31,850 bases of DNA from an archaeon (GTDB lineage: Archaea > Iainarchaeota > Iainarchaeia > Iainarchaeales > JAAZKV01), in contig JAVHOV010000029.1 of NCBI GenBank assembly GCA_036170245.1, positions 1 through 31,850 of the forward strand, written 5' to 3'. Of this stretch, positions 18,501 through 28,000 are shown in pieces; within the stretch, counting starts at the first letter, position 1; each line of letters opens with the position of its first letter. The translations under genes and the position numbers were made by a program. The notes beneath the pieces were generated by a model. That model saw only the letters and a list, made by a program, of their open reading frames with translations. It did not search any database and was not told the origin of the DNA.

Positions 18501-21385
18501 ATTGTTAGAATTTGGAATTTTCCTGAAATTATTTTTGGCATTTCGCTAGAGAACTTTGAATCGCTCATATAAGTTAGAGTTAATTTCTTGTCAGAAGAAA
18601 TATTTACTGAGAAAGTTTTTTCAAATATTAATGAATTTTGTTCTCTTATCTTTATGACTAAAGTTCCTGCTCCTGATTTTTGAGGGATTATATTCAAATC
18701 CATTATGTCAATAGAAAGTCCTTTTCCAAATCCGCTTACATCAATCCAGTCTGTCTTGTAAGAATTGTTCAAATCAGATTGTCTTGTTTCATTCTTTGGA
18801 GTTTTCAAAACATATCCGTCAAGCATTATGTTTTCTTCAGGATTTTCAAGCATTATTTTTGCATTGTCAAATCCTATTATTGAATTGTTCATTACATTGA
18901 TTGATACTTGGTAAGGAGTGTTGTTTAGAGTATCAACTGTATCATTAAATTGAGTAGTAAATCCTTCAGGATTTGTAATTGTTGAAGTTAAGCAAAAGTT
19001 TCTTTCTTCGCTTACCTTGTCACAAAGTGTTTCTGTTCCAACTGTAATATAATCAGGTTTTGCTAGAGCATAAAGTGCCTGCTTTCCGCTCTTGTTTTCA
19101 CTTGTACCAAGTTCGCTGTCAAATGGATCTCTCTCGTAAGAGCCATCCATTACTCCCCAAACTCTGTACCCTAAATCTATTCTTTCTTCAGTTTGAGCAA
19201 CTGATTTAATTTTTACTTTAACTCCGACTATGATTTTTCCTTCAACAAATCCGCCTTCTTGCCATTGTACTTGAGCCCATTTGTTTTCTTCTAAATTCAA
19301 ATAGTCTTCATCAATAGAATATCCTTTTGGTTTGTTGTAAGTTGCCCCTGTAAGAGTTGTTTTTTGTCCGCCAGCATAAATGTTTTTTATGAATATATGG
19401 TCCTGTTCTGTTTTTGTGGTGCTTTCAGGCCCAACTCTTACAAAGAATCCTAGTTCATCATAAGCCTTGGGAGCAGTTATTTCAAACAGCGCATCATATT
19501 CTTGGTTTGCTTCAACTTTTTGTGCTCTTTCTCCGTTCTTGTATAATCCTAGTGATTTTACAACAAGTGCTTCTACTGGAGGTCTTGATAACTGAGCTTC
19601 AAATACAATTGTTCCGTTTCCAATTATTTGTTTTGGAACTGTAGTGTATGATTCGTATCCTTCTTTCTTTACTACCACATAAACCATTTTGTCTGCTTTA
19701 ATGTTAAAGTCAATTGTTCCGTCAACGTTTTCTATCATTCTTTTTCCGCTTACTGCTGTGCCATTGTATTCATCAAATATTTGTACTTCAGAGAATTGCA
19801 GTGCATCATCATCCATGTCAGTAGCTATTACTCTTACAAGTCCCATTGGAATATCAAGTCTTATAACAAATTCATCAGCAGAAGTTGTTGCATTTAATTC
19901 TTTTGCTTCGCTCCACCCTGAGTAAACTGATTTGAATGCAAATACTTTGTAAGTTTCTCCATCTGCAGTCTTTCTTACTGGACTCCAAGACGCTTTTCCA
20001 TTAAAGTCAGTTATTTTTTGAGCATAGCTTAATTTTTGTAAATCATCAGTAGTTTGTGAGAATATTGCTACTTTTGCAAACTGAACTGCTTTTCCGTCTG
20101 AATCAATTACTTTTACTTTTAATTCGTGTCCGCATGTTCCATCATATTTCTTTAAAGATAATACTATCGAATCCCCAATTGCTGCACTTATACTCTTGTC
20201 GCAGTATCCGTCTTTTGTTGCAATTATTGTGAATGGCCCTTCTTCAGAAACATCAAAATTTACTTCACCTGTTGAATTAGTATCATAAGCCCAGATTTCT
20301 TGTGCTGTTTGGCTTGTAGTTTCTTTTGTAAGTGCTACTCTTACTCCTTCAAGGGATTTGCTTCCTTCTTTTATCAACGCACTTACTGAACCCAAGTATT
20401 TCTTTTCAAGTGCAATTGTTACATTCTTTTGTCCGCCTTCTTTTGTAAGTGAAACTAAAGAGGAAGATGCAGCTTTGTATCCTTTTTCAGCAGCTGTTTT
20501 GAAAGTATAATCCCCTTCAATTAAATCAAATGTTGCTTGTCCGTTTACTGCTACTTCAGTATCCATTGGGATATAACTGTTTCCAGTGCTGTACGCTTGT
20601 ACACTTACTGCATCAGTAATATTTGCACCCAAATAAGTTAAGTTAACTACAACTTTGACTTGTGTTTTTGCAACTTTTTCGCTTAAAACAAAATTTCCGC
20701 TTGCACCACTTAGTGTAAAAGTATCAGTTGTGTATTTTGGTGAAGAAACGCTTACTGTAAGTGTTCCGCATGAATCAGGCTGTGCAACGTTTGTTGTTCC
20801 ACCAAATATTGTTTGATCTGTTGGAACTCCGTCAGTTACGCCTGAGGAGCATGCAAAAGTTAAATCAAGTTTTCCTGTTGCAAGTTCACCGCTTTCTGTC
20901 TTAAACATTATTGATTTTTGTGAGAAACTAGCTACATTTGAAGGAAGTACTAATTGGATATTATTTGTTGCACCCACTTCAAGATAAAATACATCAGTTG
21001 CTGTCTTATCGCCTTTTGTTGCAGTTGCATTTATTTGGCCGTAATTTAATGTTACATTTTCAGTTAAACCGAAAACATCTGTAGTCAAAGTTTTATCAAT
21101 TCCAGCAATTTTTACAGTTGCTCCTTCTACTGGAGAACCAAAATTATCTACTACTTGAACATTTATTTCTGTTTGTCCTGCACTAATTGCACCAAACATT
21201 ATGTTTGAAAACACTAAAAGCAAAATGAAAATTAGAATTAAAAACAAAGCAAAACTAGGAACTATTGCATCAATCGGGTCAATTAATTTGTAAATTGGAA
21301 TATGTGCATCCACCTTATCCCAAAAGTTATACCACTTTTCTTCGCCTGCGTAGTAAATATCTTTTAGTCTTTCACCTAAACCCAT
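12551..21385 (-). CDS. Giant N-terminally anchored surface protein B (~2944 aa) with beta-sandwich domains, glycine-zipper pair, coiled coil, Cys-rich modules and a LysM domain
   Basis: ORF 12551..21397. ATG at 21385 preferred: MGLGERLKD matches the paralog starts MGVKD and MGLVDSLKE, and GTGAT then serves as SD. Collinear similarity to protein A along most of its length. Confidence 0.9.
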   Translation of the reverse strand: MGLGERLKDIYYAGEEKWYNFWDKVDAHIPIYKLIDPIDAIVPSFALFLILIFILLLVFSNIMFGAISAGQTEINVQVVDNFGSPVEGATVKIAGIDKTLTTDVFGLTENVTLNYGQINATATKGDKTATDVFYLEVGATNNIQLVLPSNVASFSQKSIMFKTESGELATGKLDLTFACSSGVTDGVPTDQTIFGGTTNVAQPDSCGTLTVSVSSPKYTTDTFTLSGASGNFVLSEKVAKTQVKVVVNLTYLGANITDAVSVQAYSTGNSYIPMDTEVAVNGQATFDLIEGDYTFKTAAEKGYKAASSSLVSLTKEGGQKNVTIALEKKYLGSVSALIKEGSKSLEGVRVALTKETTSQTAQEIWAYDTNSTGEVNFDVSEEGPFTIIATKDGYCDKSISAAIGDSIVLSLKKYDGTCGHELKVKVIDSDGKAVQFAKVAIFSQTTDDLQKLSYAQKITDFNGKASWSPVRKTADGETYKVFAFKSVYSGWSEAKELNATTSADEFVIRLDIPMGLVRVIATDMDDDALQFSEVQIFDEYNGTAVSGKRMIENVDGTIDFNIKADKMVYVVVKKEGYESYTTVPKQIIGNGTIVFEAQLSRPPVEALVVKSLGLYKNGERAQKVEANQEYDALFEITAPKAYDELGFFVRVGPESTTKTEQDHIFIKNIYAGGQKTTLTGATYNKPKGYSIDEDYLNLEENKWAQVQWQEGGFVEGKIIVGVKVKIKSVAQTEERIDLGYRVWGVMDGSYERDPFDSELGTSENKSGKQALYALAKPDYITVGTETLCDKVSEERNFCLTSTITNPEGFTTQFNDTVDTLNNTPYQVSINVMNNSIIGFDNAKIMLENPEENIMLDGYVLKTPKNETRQSDLNNSYKTDWIDVSGFGKGLSIDIMDLNIIPQKSGAGTLVIKIREQNSLIFEKTFSVNISSDKKLTLTYMSDSKFSSEMPKIISGKFQILTIKARNAVSNLEVSDALVKVFDRFGTKIFSTTTNALGVASIDIPASFPGEKLTLKVEKSEFETFITEFGVAEDVVTIEPTELNYTVNPQSKKEEIQTVKLTNSTGLDLKIKSIKLTGKLKGALSESKMESWFDQYIGKTIAAQDFEEFDFKVISSDYVPSATDLDGVFQVTLTSEGKSWVQEVNAKIRVGLGKDVDNQSCLQITPGTWAAQTRGNMIELGVELKNNCTVDSKPVQLKNLGLTLNSTGSIAGDFTAIYKTAQVEIGSAYSRVLKPTVAAGEKIPITLRFVPLAGSSGTATGSIVMEAQNNTDSAPQKITTEVKFTIDYENLQDCMSLGTGLVDIKEGESGTFSIISSCKFASDIQLDLGDMQAAVSDKTFALKAGETKEVTINAQVGQMPGAYNILVYARQPGSSLELLDNVKVIVEPVNSCFSLTRYEYDVYDSQFNNFDGVDRGYLKNDCVEKSVSAHVTGIVPFDNWQSILTAALIGGISGGVRSGKIFPDWISNLWSDDSKNNGEKASNTKSEIQKKLADQALASAKKVEGIKDQASGKLDKKMNEYDSFIKTVDDVKAKAEIDQASRGEPTQCDRDYIDRLDALKAEAAKQKEAASGEIAPLQKKLDTVVKDIQKTQQEKSAQVDTKAAEILTKINAGQAGAEQSLFEFQISADKIANESMDDALSRTDLMKEFNAGTDKVVSKVDADIKKLKGDLGKAANTCTTCLKEKGITVNENDRYTEICNEEYSATKKGEDVIKYSATECPGVYSSFFSEESDPSKGYCCFSKESPTSMCLTKPFAQNLMEAPCNEFGLFNIKVEGLNSKYYCCTDEVTKEAQKEASDLKAYDEEKQNQEEAAAASELEVLTDQITPPSANTAIVDPMSSSFVGYYASDGKKYNGTNDVNRKRMYVTVAEFANDEFTNYYCTFNIIGDGANLALVKPNGAVDCSSSAGESIKALFESKDELVKAKGYCVMTKDKGVAKLICNDLTLFSVKNSSGRVLGFTSNSAEGQAMLESYNNASLVSASNTAAQSSATTYTVKAGEDLYTVAIKCGVSPADIRELNGLTGTAIAAGTVLKIPADNSCPSSVTGNFLLTTSTAATSTTATTNGTSTNTSIQDVMGQGLFSTATSAVVGMFGGSALGGAAIAALVSLMQAKDTTIDFSDTFNVPKVIITGFDFKNSDGITVNTFDANQKIYNYSSCSGVSSTTSSSTSSVSSIASLDSSYAGTVLYNPQALNATIGLEEEMELEFTNTGKKVNQSPNQPFVGVLKVDGQEAIYDTDYNYDSVKTSAQNRGDNLKIKRSGIFGTILNYIGGPGLVREKTATMTADDLTTTDIRAYSKSFHLLFDSYEYVDCGPTTYPCTAKAISNCDIDGKNGYTGAEGVPKMKLAWNWNDIGINECDSDSNPDNYNYCDSTQFSIMLLKRMMDMKEFFNSTSLNACPTSAEIAGTKTQDLASNDLDVGITSVTVKSLSDGATITAAVQTNNNLEMSATMKYAVKKSDGNEISGVCPDQTNTFKSSTEFSCTLNKSITGEGSFNVDLIMTPALCSGCGNRSTGNDTIRTTVIIGSTGASQCLKYATSKDYFEKVLAANNQLSTAGGDKVLKYISFKANLLRDGFSNDFKADFDEFLNRVTSAPVEYNTGGFRDLLLSDKFTVKWPNSPAAWDAGKYDATITITFKNENWRWDNNNIESIVVNLSPQGPPEPNFAIYNVAFNGVVGLDSDNGRQGYGAGYEQLTEDLFLVTNNGGTKVYARPNASNNAATTVQVSTIKGVAAFDLLNTVPTRGNVLSISGDDVVQFVLTPSIAIPIIMNVTRNTSTDAYAFYSAEVNGQPENTGGSFISWTGIGQGCVDFEGRSMSSYSNTYDTFASGSVTGFTGYGLPAWTMAQRAGTASFYGTFFAPQDASIVFKLTGANESANFESTMGNGTVLSVNSTNVTDKIETLSDVLDLVKQEKVCVVGGDYYWNNTGLSQELKATIDAKENTCIPSR
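15284..15418 (-). other. LysM domain within giant protein B (about aa 1994-2038 of the track ORF)
   Basis: TTYTVKAGEDLYTVAIKCGVSPADIRELNGLTGTAIAAGTVLKIP matches the LysM consensus YtVk.GDtL..IA.kygvs...l...N.l....i..Gq.L.iP. Confidence 0.88.
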
Positions 21386-21445
21386 ACCCAATATCACTTG
21401 TTAACGTGCATTAAAGATTAATCTCTACAAAAATTACGTTGACTG

Positions 21446-21463
21446 TATATAAATACCTTTCCC
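21446..21463 (-). promoter_or_regulatory. Putative BRE-TATA promoter of giant protein B
   Basis: Minus strand GGGAAAGG-TA-TTTATATA, a purine-rich BRE plus a canonical archaeal TATA box, about 60 nt upstream of the ATG at 21385. Confidence 0.6.
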
Positions 21464-21471
21464 TTTTGCTT

Positions 21472-21975
21472 TCAGCGTTTGAATTGATTTAATTCATTTA
21501 GCAAACTCATTACAGTTTGGCTTTCTTGAACAGTGAAACCAGTATCTGCAGGCCAAAATTGCACAAGGTAAGGTAAAATTAATTCAATTATTATTGCAAT
21601 TACTAATGAAATAATTAAAATAGTAGTAACTATTTTCATTGTTTTTAAATAATTTTTTTTGCCCCAAAAATCACTTTCTAAAGCAAAGCCTAGTTTTGTT
21701 CCAGCATAAGTGGATATGATTATTGGAAAAATATAAAGAAATATTGCCGCATTTTTTTGTGCACCTAGCTGAAGACCAATTAGTAATGCTGGAATAAATG
21801 CAGCATATCCAAAAAATATTGCTCCAAATAAAAAATTTAGTATTGTTAATATACTTAGAGGAATTTGACTTTCAACTCCAAATAATAATGTTGTTGGATA
21901 AAAATAGGAATAGGCAAAAGCTGCGAGTAAACCAAATAAAGTGAAAATTGCCATGCTTAGAGATTTTTCATCCAT
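21472..21975 (-). CDS. Integral membrane protein, SpoIIM/DUF95-like
   Basis: 167 aa with about 5 TM. Segments GAIFFGYAAFIPALLIGLQLG, STYAGTKLG and ISLVIAIIIE resemble SpoIIM-family C-terminal motifs (aaGlrlG; ll.AA.IE). The usual PHG..E motif is not evident. Confidence 0.55.
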   Translation of the reverse strand: MDEKSLSMAIFTLFGLLAAFAYSYFYPTTLLFGVESQIPLSILTILNFLFGAIFFGYAAFIPALLIGLQLGAQKNAAIFLYIFPIIISTYAGTKLGFALESDFWGKKNYLKTMKIVTTILIISLVIAIIIELILPYLVQFWPADTGFTVQESQTVMSLLNELNQFKR

Positions 21976-22010
21976 TTTTTCCTCTTCCCCTTTTTTGTTT
22001 TTAGGATTTT

Positions 22011-22051
22011 AAAAAAACTTGGCTTTGGATACAATTGGCTAATTTATCCAA
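22011..22051 (-). terminator. Hairpin/palindrome plus T-run downstream of giant protein C (terminator or operator)
   Basis: 22025-22051 reads TTGGATA-C-AATT-GGCT-AATT-TATCCAA, an 11-bp stem with one bulge. On the minus strand it is followed 7 nt later by T7 (22011-22017). Confidence 0.4.
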
Positions 22052-22068
22052 TAAACCTATTTTGTTTT

Positions 22069-25000
22069 TTATTTAATCAAGCTTGCTTCATTCCACACAA
22101 TTGAATCTGTTTGTACGCATGCAGTTTTATTATTTATTAATTCAAGAACATTGTCAAGAGTCATTTTACTTGCAGCAGCACTTACTTCAGCTGATTCAAT
22201 TGCAAATCCTTGTTGATTTCTTCCAGGAATAGTTTGAGTAGAATCAAATTGAACAAGTTGAGTAACTGACTTTGCGTTAAGTGTTCCGCCAGTTATTCCT
22301 GATGATACTCCAAGTACTCCTCCAACTGGGTAATAATATATTCCTTTAATTATTTGTACTTGTCCTGTTGGCTTTACATTAATTGTATAATATTGTCCAC
22401 CTAAATTATCATTTCCGATTTCTACTCCGCTAGAGTTATACCATTTGATTATTTCTTTTGGCCTTGCAATTGATGTTTGTGTTGGAATATAACTTAAGTT
22501 AGTTTCTGTTCCGTATAATGTTGCAGTTAATTTAACAGGGATTCTATTATAGAATACTCCGCTTGTTGCGCCTGCATCTAATTGTACTATTATTGCTTTT
22601 GTTGTATTTACTAACGCATCTTGTGTACTTACTGTAGGGAAATCAAATCCGCCTTTCAATAATACATTTTCACTTGCTTTCAAAGCATTGGCAACTGGTT
22701 TCTTTTCTCCAAGAGTTACTTTAACTTGCTTTGTATCATTCTTCAAATCATAATCTAATTCAGCAGAATATAACCCAACTTCTGAACTAGTTGTTCCAAT
22801 AAATTCTGTAGTAAGTCCTTCAAGGCCTGTTGCTTTAGCCAATAATTCAGTATCAATTTTGCCTTTTCCAAGAGCAGGAATACTTGTTAGTAACAAACTT
22901 GGCTTTACTGTTCCGCTTAGGCTTGAATCAAATTTAGCTAAATTGTGTATTGTCTTTAGCTTTGGATTTTGAGTGTAAATTAATTCAATATCAGATTTAT
23001 TCATATCTTTGTGTGCTTTGTCAATTATTCCTTGCATTAACTTTCCTCTTATAATTGTTCCAAAGAATGCAGCTGGTTCAAGAGTTACATTTGATCCGCA
23101 GTAATTTACAGTACAAGATTTGTTATCAATATTGCAATCGCTTTGAGGATTAGTCTTTCCTTCTTCAGTTCTTAATACTTTCAACAATTCAATGTATCCA
23201 TTCAGTGTCATGTATCTCTTTGTTCCAACTTTAGTCATCTTTAGTGCATCATATTGGGCGTTGTAAGTTGTGTTTTCATCAAATTCAAGTAGTAATGAGT
23301 TTTTGTCTTTTATCCCATCTAAAACTGAAATCATATCAGAAATTGCCGCAGCACTGCTAAAATTAGAAATTGAATCAACTTTTTCTTTTGGCAATAAGTC
23401 AGATGCTATTGATCCTGTCTTTGTTACAAGTGTTCCTTTTTCGCTCTTGAAAAAGTTTAAATCTTTGTTAGTGCAATTTGTAACTGCTTTAGTTCCGCTT
23501 GCTCTGTATAATTCAACTAAGCTAGTAGCTCCATTTACTACACTAAGTTTATTTACTTCAGTCTTTATTTCAGCAAATCTGTGCAATAAGAATGATTGTA
23601 GCATTGAATCGTTACAGAAATAATTTGTACAATCAACCATATCAGCTGTATTATAACTTGCAAGTTTTGTCTTAAATATTTTATTGAATCCATATTCGTT
23701 AGAATCAATTGAGCATCCACTAGTTGCAATGCTTCCTGTAGCAAGCATTGTGATTGCACTTTCAAGACTTACATAAGGAGTACATAGAGGATTTGCTGCT
23801 AAAAAGTCATCAACAGCTTTCTTTATTCTTGAATCAGTAGGAGTAGTTATTCCTGCAGTAGCTAAAGAAGTCTTAAACTTATTTACACAGTCAGTAGGAA
23901 GGCTTTCTATTTGCTGTACATTCATACATTCTTTTTCATTTCCTCTGTACTGGTATCCTTGTTTAGTAAATAATACTCGTAAGTTCCAAGTTAGTTCTTG
24001 TGTTTCCATTGTTATTGCTCTTGTTACACTTGCTTTGATTGGTATTTCTAGTTTTACACAATTTGAAGTCATTGAACTTCTGTCAATTTGAACCATCAAG
24101 TTAGATCCGTAAGTATTAGTTAGTAAACTTCCTGAACTTGTTGTTTCTACACTTACTATTGCTCCGCCAGTTAGTTCAGCAGGGATTTTTGTTAATACTT
24201 TAATTGAATCAGTTAATCCGCAGTTTGCTTTTGCATCAGCAGATGGAGTAGTTTTATCTTTGCTTGGATTTTGGAGTTGTGCTTGCTGTTGGAAGTAAGA
24301 ATAATTATATTGAGTGTTAACTGCCTGAGGATAATATTGACTCATTGTATTTGGCATTGGTCCAATTCTTAATGCACCAGGATCTGCAGTAAAAATGTAA
24401 ATGTTTTTATTTGATCCAGTGTATTCAGATTCTGGAACTACTCCGCCAACTGGTGTAATACTAGCACCATTGCTTGGAGCACTTGGTGCAGAAGGTGCAC
24501 TTGGTGGGCTAGGTGCACTTGGTGCAGCTAATCCAGTACTTGGATTTCTTGCAGTCCAATAAGCTATAATATCAAGTGAATCTTTTCTCTGGCAGTCAAC
24601 TGGCTTTGCAAGTGGATCTCCCCAGTTAAGTGCTGAATCAACACTTTCTCCAAGTCTCCACATGTCAGCAATAGTGATTGGGAATTCCATACATTCTTGC
24701 ATTCCTGATGCATTGCTATAGTTGATATTCAAGTTTCCATAAACATCAGTTCTAGCATCAGTTTCTGTTGCCCATTGTCTTACGTCGCTTAGACTCTGGA
24801 ATAATCCTGCAGTTCCCTGCTTATTATTGAATAATCTTCTTTGTGCAATATAATTTGGATTAGGTATTACATCAAAGTCTACTGTTTCAATTGATCCATT
24901 TGTTCCTTCAGTTATATTTCTTTGTCGAACATTTGTTCCAGTTATTAGTGAGCATGATCCAATTCCGCATGCCCCATTTGATGAACTGAATTGATTATAA

Positions 25001-28000
25001 CTATTATATCCTGATCCAGAACCTAATTGGTATTGGTTTCCGTAAGTGCTTTCCATTCCAACTTGAAGGTAAGGCAAGTTTTGTATTCCTGCTCCTGTTG
25101 CTGATGAACAGTTGATTGAAGCTACAGTGGACCTTGCTAATTGTACTCCTGAATCATAACAGTAGTTGTATGCAGTGTACTTCTGTGGCTTCATTACAAA
25201 TGAGTTAAGATTAATGTTTGTTACGTTTGTTTTAATACAATCCTTATCAATGTCTCCAAGTCTTCTTACAAGAACACTTACTGAATCAATTTTTTTCTTA
25301 GCATCTTTTGTTCCGTCAATTCTTGCATTAACTTTGATTGAGTATTTTCCAAGCATGTACCCTGGCTGTACTATTACACTTGAATCAGAGCCTGCCCCGA
25401 TTGCAAATGTACTTTCAGGAACTGTTATTCTTGGGTCAACATCAAGACTTACTTCAATATCTGAAGTACAGTTGTTTGTAATAGTAAATGCGCTTTGTGC
25501 ATAACCTGTAGCACTTGCACCAAGTGTACTCCCCGTGTATCCTGTATTACCAGTTAATCCATTATATCCATTTAATCCGCTTGAACCGTACATTTGAGTC
25601 AGATAGTTATTGCTAGTGTTAAATCCTTGGTAATTGCTAAGAGCTGAATTCATTGATGCACCATAATTAGATCCAAGTATTCCTGCATTTCCTTGTGTTC
25701 CAGGAACTGTGTCAAGTATTATTCCTCCAGTTGGTTCACTAACTACAACACATTTAGCCAAGTTGTTCATTGTTACATTTATTTTTGTAGTAGCTGTTAC
25801 TTTTTCATTAGAGTTACTGTCAAGTAAATTCTTTCCTAAAACTGTTAGTGTTAAACTTTGTGTTCCTGATTCTACTGCAAGAGTTGGAGAATATTTCAAA
25901 GTTACTTCTGTTTCAGAATCTTTTTCAAGCAAATCTCCTAGTGAAGTGTACTTATCAGTAACATCTGCATTTAATCCAGTTCCAATTATACTTATTGTTC
26001 CAAACTTGCTTGCTTCGTTTAATTTTGCTTCAAGTTGTCTTAAATCAACATTTATTCCTTCAGCAGTACAAGTGTTTACAAGAGTTATAGTCTTTGTCAT
26101 TTCACTGCTTGTTGTAGTAAAATCTATTGTTGAAGGAGTGATTTTCAAGCATTTTCCACTGTCAAGTAGGCCAGGGAAAGTCAATCTTATTTCAGCAGGT
26201 ATTTCGTTTAAGAATGACTGGTTTGCTCCGCTTACTTCAGTATTAATTACAATAGTTCCAGTTACATCTTTTGGTTCATTTAATCTTGAAGCAGCACTAT
26301 TTAGTTTTATACTCAAAGCATAATTCTTGTCTTTTCCAGATTCAATTATTGTTCCGTTAATTGCGCCATTGAATGTTACATTCATGTAATTCTTTAAGTC
26401 TCCATTAATAGTAGCAGAAACTAATTTCAATGTCTTTGCAGTGTTGTTTTGTATAATTATATCAGTTGAGAGTGCAGTTGTTTCTCCAATCTTGATTGTT
26501 TCTTCAATTTTTGGAGGAATTAAAGTAAGAACAGATTTTTCAACCTGCTTTGTAACTACAACATCATCATATCCTTCTTTCTTTGCAGTAATTGTTAGTG
26601 TTGTTCCAACTCTTGGTGCAGCCAAAGTAAATTGTGTAATTCCTTCACCGTTTGTAGTAGCAGTTCCAAGAGCAGTTGTCCCTGACTTAATTGAAACTAT
26701 TACTCCATTTAGAGTAGTATTAGCATCAGTTGCTGTGAAGTACAAAACATTTTCTAAATAAGGAATAATTACACTTGGAGTCATATCCAAAGTAAATTCT
26801 TTATTTGGTTTGATATTAACATTGTAAGTTGATTCAAGTTCTGTCTGTGTTGCAGAATTAACTGTTACTTTAATTGAACTTGCTCCAGAATTAGTTGACC
26901 TAAATAAGATTTGTAGTTTCAAAGGTGAATCAATTCCAATTGCCCCAACACTTATTGTGTTTAAGTCAACTTGAGTCGCACCATTTACTGTTATTGAATT
27001 AATATCAAGGCTCATTCCTTCTACTGATACAGAAGCGCCAGGAATTACTCTTCCGCTATAATTAACTAAATCAATTGTAAGTAAATAATCAACATCTTTC
27101 TTTGCTTCAATAGTCCCTGTGACATATTTTTTCTTTCCTGCGTCTGTTCCGCTTAATGCTTGAACCATTACAGTTTTGCAGAAATTATCAGAGCACAAAT
27201 TTGTTGCTCCGCTTGAAAGCATTCGAACATTTGCAGGAGCATATAATTCATTTCCAGTCAAAGTTCCAGTTGGGTATCTTAATACGCTTGAACCTTTTGC
27301 CCAGCCTCTGTAGTAAATATTCAATGGAGCGTTTGGATTTGTTTCAGTCACATTAACGCTGGCTTCAACTTCGTAAGTTCCTTCAGTTGGGTTCTTCCAT
27401 GTTGAGTTAATCCACTTTGCTTTTCCTGTAGTAATTAAATTCTTGGAATCAACATCGTACCCAGTAGGAGGAGTAAAAGTTGTTCCCATTACTAGTCTTC
27501 CGCTTGATATAACATCAGCTAAATATAATCCGTCTTCTTCAACCAAATTTGTAACGTTTGCTGTTTCTTTTCCGGTTCGTAAATGCAGTCCTGCTTCAGA
27601 GAATATTCCTTTTGGAACTTGAACAATTGCTTTAATTGAATATACTCCTTCACCAAGAGTGCTTGCATTTTCTCCGCTTGTATTTATCGCTTCACCGTTT
27701 GAAGTAATACTTAATATTGCAGCTTTAAGTTGAGCAGATGTTTTTTGCATTATTACATCTTTTTCTGTAGCACTTGAAGCATATTCAGCACTAGTGTAGT
27801 ACTTTGAATAATCGCTTGCTTCAACTACAAAATAAACTTTCTTGTCAGCTCTGATTGTAAATAGAGTTACTCCTTCGCTACTTGTGCTTTGAGTTGATCC
27901 TATTTGTTCGCTAGTAAAATAATTAATTGCTTTTACATTTGCTCCAGTAATTGGAGTATTTTCCGGAGTTAGTACTTTAACAGTAATTGTTTTTTCTTCA

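Noticed and set aside
24472..24525. Tandem repeat as a CRISPR array or DGR element
   Set aside because: In-frame 9-bp coding units without spacers; no cas or reverse transcriptase gene, and no TR/VR pair was seen.
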